Below are positions 60,964-64,000 of a stretch of 64,000 bases of DNA, in pieces. The DNA lies in contig CAVTTN010000002.1 in assembly GCA_963737655.1 (NCBI GenBank), forward strand, positions 3,936,001 to 4,000,000. The letters are read 5' to 3'. Position numbers and translations under genes: made by a program. This DNA is from an uncultured Planctomycetota bacterium (GTDB lineage: Bacteria; Planctomycetota; Planctomycetia; Isosphaerales; Isosphaeraceae). The notes below the pieces were generated by a model. That model saw only the letters and a list, made by a program, of their open reading frames with translations. It did not search any database and was not told the DNA's origin. How positions within the stretch are numbered: position 1 is the stretch's first letter; the number at the start of each line of letters is the position of its first letter.

Positions 60964-61517
60964 TGGAAGAATTCCGACACGTCGCACCGGAACCCCGGAA
61001 GCTCGGCAAGCCCCTCGATCGCCTCGCCTTCGCGGAATAGCGCCGGGAAGTCTTCATCCGGTCGATGGATGACGACGAGCCTCTTCTGCGGATAGACGGC
61101 CCACACCATTGCCACACCAATATCCAGATATTCGTTCACTTTTTTCCGCATCTCACCGGGTCGATTGCTCGGCGAGACGACCTCGACGACCACATCCGGC
61201 GGCACCGGGATCAGCCCATTTCCGACCTTCTCGCGGGGCCATCGCTCGTTGCGGTAGAAGCAGACGTCGGCGCCCCGCACCGTGTCGGGCCCCCGCTCGG
61301 TCAGGACGGCCGAATCGTTCGAGAGGGCGTACCCCAGGCCGGTCCGGCGGCCGAAGGATTCGAACAAGAACCCCGAATTCAAGCAGAGCCTTCCATGCTC
61401 GGGCATCGGCATCGGCTCCTCGATCACCTCGCCTTTCACCAGCTCGTGGAGGCCGTCGGGGAGGTCGAGTTCGAGGAATTCCTCGGCCGTGTAGAGCGTC
61501 TTCGTCGCGGTCGCCAT
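60960..61517 (-). CDS. Uma2/DUF820-family endonuclease-like protein
   Basis: ELVKG, PDTVRGADV, PDVVVEVVSPS, EYLDIGV, LPGF. Confidence 0.92.
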   Translation of the reverse strand: MATATKTLYTAEEFLELDLPDGLHELVKGEVIEEPMPMPEHGRLCLNSGFLFESFGRRTGLGYALSNDSAVLTERGPDTVRGADVCFYRNERWPREKVGNGLIPVPPDVVVEVVSPSNRPGEMRKKVNEYLDIGVAMVWAVYPQKRLVVIHRPDEDFPALFREGEAIEGLAELPGFRCDVSEFFQ

Positions 61518-61542
61518 CGCGGGCCTCCCGTCTCTGGCCGAT

Positions 61543-62091
61543 TCAGACCCGTTGGGTCGGGTCTTCCACGTAGTCGCCCAGGGTCAAGGTTTTCATCATG
61601 ATGTCCCAGGCGCGGCCGACCCGGTCGATGTCGTCGGCCCAGAAGTCGAAGGTGATCAGCGGCTGGATGTTCCACTTGCGAGCGAGCAGGGTCCGGGAGA
61701 AGGCCTCGCGGTCCTCGTTGGGGTCGCGAAAACGGACCTCGATCCAGGCCATGTCCATGCCGTCCCTCTCGGAGGCCTGGACGTCTCCTCGTTCGAGGAT
61801 CTCGCGAGAGTCGTTCGTCGTGACGTCCCGGACCATCGCCGAGAGGTCCAGGCCGGTCCAATCGACGTCGTCTCGGAGGTACATGACGGTCAATTGCATC
61901 GTGCAATCGTCGTTGGGCGGCTTGCGGTCGAGGAACTTGATCGACCCCTTGGCGTCGGGGACGACGACCCAGTCCTCGGGGAAGTCGAGCCGGACGGCCC
62001 CCCGGTCGGCGACGAAGATCTTGCACCCTCGCTCGGACTTCCAGCCGTGGTTCTTCTTGAGCCGGAGCCGCCGCCGTTCCCACCTGCCCAT
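61543..62091 (-). CDS. Conserved hypothetical protein
   Basis: HGWK..KIFVADRGAVRLDFPEDW; GGAG RBS; high-GC3 codon pattern. Confidence 0.75.
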   Translation of the reverse strand: MGRWERRRLRLKKNHGWKSERGCKIFVADRGAVRLDFPEDWVVVPDAKGSIKFLDRKPPNDDCTMQLTVMYLRDDVDWTGLDLSAMVRDVTTNDSREILERGDVQASERDGMDMAWIEVRFRDPNEDREAFSRTLLARKWNIQPLITFDFWADDIDRVGRAWDIMMKTLTLGDYVEDPTQRV

Positions 62092-62142
62092 GAGTGAGGT
62101 CTCCGCGATCGGGGCGTTTTCCCGAGGGTTCCGGTCGGCCGA

Positions 62143-63938
62143 TCAGACCGCGCCGGCCATCGCTTCGAGCTGGAGGACCGAGCGGTTCTGCTCCTTCGCC
62201 AGGTATTCGCGGCCCTTCTTGACGAGGATGTTGTCCCAGGGGAGGACCTCGTCGATCGAGCGGGTCCGGTGGCTGTAGAACTCGACGTCGAGCCCGAGGT
62301 CCTCGAACGTGGACCACCAGAGGCGGGCGTCGAAATGCTCCTTCCAGGCATCGAGCCGGGCGCCCCGCCTCCAGGCTTCCTCCAGGGCGGGCGCGACTCG
62401 GCGGTCTCCCCGGGTCAGGATGCCTTCGAGGAGGCTGGTCTCGATGTCGTGACACTTCACCGTCACGCTCTTGAGCCGGACCTTCGAGCGCAGGTACTTG
62501 TGGGCCCACTGGAAGTACTCGCGATGCTCCATCCCGTTCCACTGGTACGGCGTGTGGGGCTTGGGGACGAAGTTCGAGACGCTGGCGACGACCTCGGCGT
62601 AGCGGCCCGTGACCTCCTTGCCGATCCGGGCGAGGGTCTCCGCCATCTCGACGATCCCGTCGAGGTCGGCGGTCCGTTCTCCGGGCAATCCGCACATGAA
62701 GTAGAGCTTCACACGTCGCCAGCCTCGGCGGAAGGCCTCGGCGGCCCCTTCGTAGAGGTCTCGGTTGTCGATCGGCTTGCGGATCTGCTCGCGCATGTCG
62801 TCTCGGGCGACCTCGGGGGCGAGGGTCAGTCCGCCTCGTCGGCCTTCCTGGAGCAGCGCCGGGATCTTCTTGAGGGTCTCGGTGATCCTCAGGCTCGGCA
62901 GCGAAATCTTCACCCCCAGGGGCGTGAAGACCTCGCTCATCTTGGTGACGAGCTCCTCGAAATGCGGGTAGTCGCTGGTGGAGAGCGAGAGGAGGCTGAT
63001 CTCGTCGTAGCCCGTGTTCTTGTAGCTCTCCAGGGCGGCATTCACGATGGTTTCGACGGTCCGGTAACGCAGGGGCGCTTGATGACCGTCGATTGGCAGA
63101 AGCGGCACTGCCAGGGGCAGCCCCTCATGATCTCGATGGCGATCCGGTCGTGGGCGGTCTCGACGAACGGGACGATCGGCCTCGTCGGCAGGGGGCTGGC
63201 GTTGAAGTCGTCGATCACGCAGGCGCGGATGGTCTCCGGGACGTCGTCGCGGAGCCTTCGGATGCCGATCTGGCGGCCGTCTTCGTCGAACTCGGGCTCG
63301 TAGAATCGGGGGACGTAGGCCCAGTCCACGGCCCCGGCGATCCTCGCGAGCTTCTCCTCGCGAGAGAGCGTCTCGTCCCGGCTCATGGTCTTCCAGAGGT
63401 CGCAGACGATCGGCAGGCTCGGCTCGCCGTCGCCCACGACGAACAGGTCGATGAACGGGGCGAGCAGCTCGGGGTTCTGGGCCCCGGGGCCGCCGGCGAT
63501 CACCAGGGGGTCGTCGGCCGACCGGTCCTCGGAGTGGAGGGGGATTCCGCCGAGGTCGAGCATGGTCAGGACGTTCGTGTAGCAGATTTCGTACTGGAGG
63601 GAGAATCCCACGACGTCGAAATCCGCCAGGGGCGTGAACGTCTCCAGGCCGTAGAGCGGCAAGTCGTGGTCGCGGAGGGCTTTCTCGAAGTCGGGCAGAG
63701 GGGTGAAGGCCCGTTCGCAGGCCCAGCCCCGGTCATTCATGAGGTTGTAGAGGACCTGGAGCCCGTGGTGGCTCATGCCGAGGCTGTAGGTGTCGGGGAA
63801 GGCCAGGCAGACCGTCCCCTCGCACTCCCCGTGGTCCTTGACGATCGCGTGGCGTTCCCCGCCCATGTATTGCGCGGGGGTCTGCACGTTCGGCAGGATT
63901 CGCGAGACGATCTGGGTCTTGAGCGAGCGATTGAGCAC
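62143..63938 (-). CDS. TIGR03960-type B12-binding radical SAM protein (frameshift near 63073)
   Basis: LAFPDTYSLGMSH, GFSLQYE, RGCPWQCRFCQ (CxxxCxxC), SLPSLR, KLYFMCGLP, FVPKPHTP. GTG start. Confidence 0.9.
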
Positions 63939-64000
63939 GGGGCAGCCTCCGCGACCGACGACTGGGCGAATTCCCATTCTAATCGGCCGGGAGGCTCCGG

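Overview
High-GC window that reads as a Planctomycetota chromosome segment, probably Isosphaeraceae. This is inferred from the gene families: an ECF sigma-WD40 fusion, a planctomycete cytochrome c-WD40 protein, a PPC-domain protein and Uma2. It holds about 60 CDS: housekeeping genes (rpsO-pnp, mutL, folC, ispH, cobT, PduO-type adenosyltransferase, pcm), a sigma54 two-component pair, a polar amino-acid ABC transporter, envelope glycosyltransferases and many hypotheticals. About 12 single-base frameshifts in 10 genes, including pnp, most likely reflect long-read consensus errors. The main non-routine signals are: (1) a complete IS4-family element (3597-5073, 13-bp TIRs) inserted into a GTAG-type REP hairpin with a 12-bp target duplication; (2) a REP family (GTAGGGTGCATGAAATGCACC, 7 copies) that forms a repeated 'tandem pair + inverted copy' unit and supplies the stop codons of three genes; (3) a shared CTTTGC-N3-GYAAAG palindrome upstream of both ispH and a membrane-protein/wHTH-regulator operon, suggesting an unrecognised regulon; (4) an ECF-like sigma factor with an N-terminus resembling the planctomycete LExRxLL export motif; (5) a HEPN-like gene pair whose ATGA junction seems broken by one base; (6) a signal-peptide-bearing Pcm coupled to a secreted carbohydrate-binding/glycoside-hydrolase-like protein; (7) an NTase-HD fusion; (8) paralogous membrane-anchored coiled-coil proteins with repeated ExbD-like modules next to a VWA gene. 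No rRNA, tRNA or CRISPR array was seen. All family assignments are by eye from motifs, without database searches.
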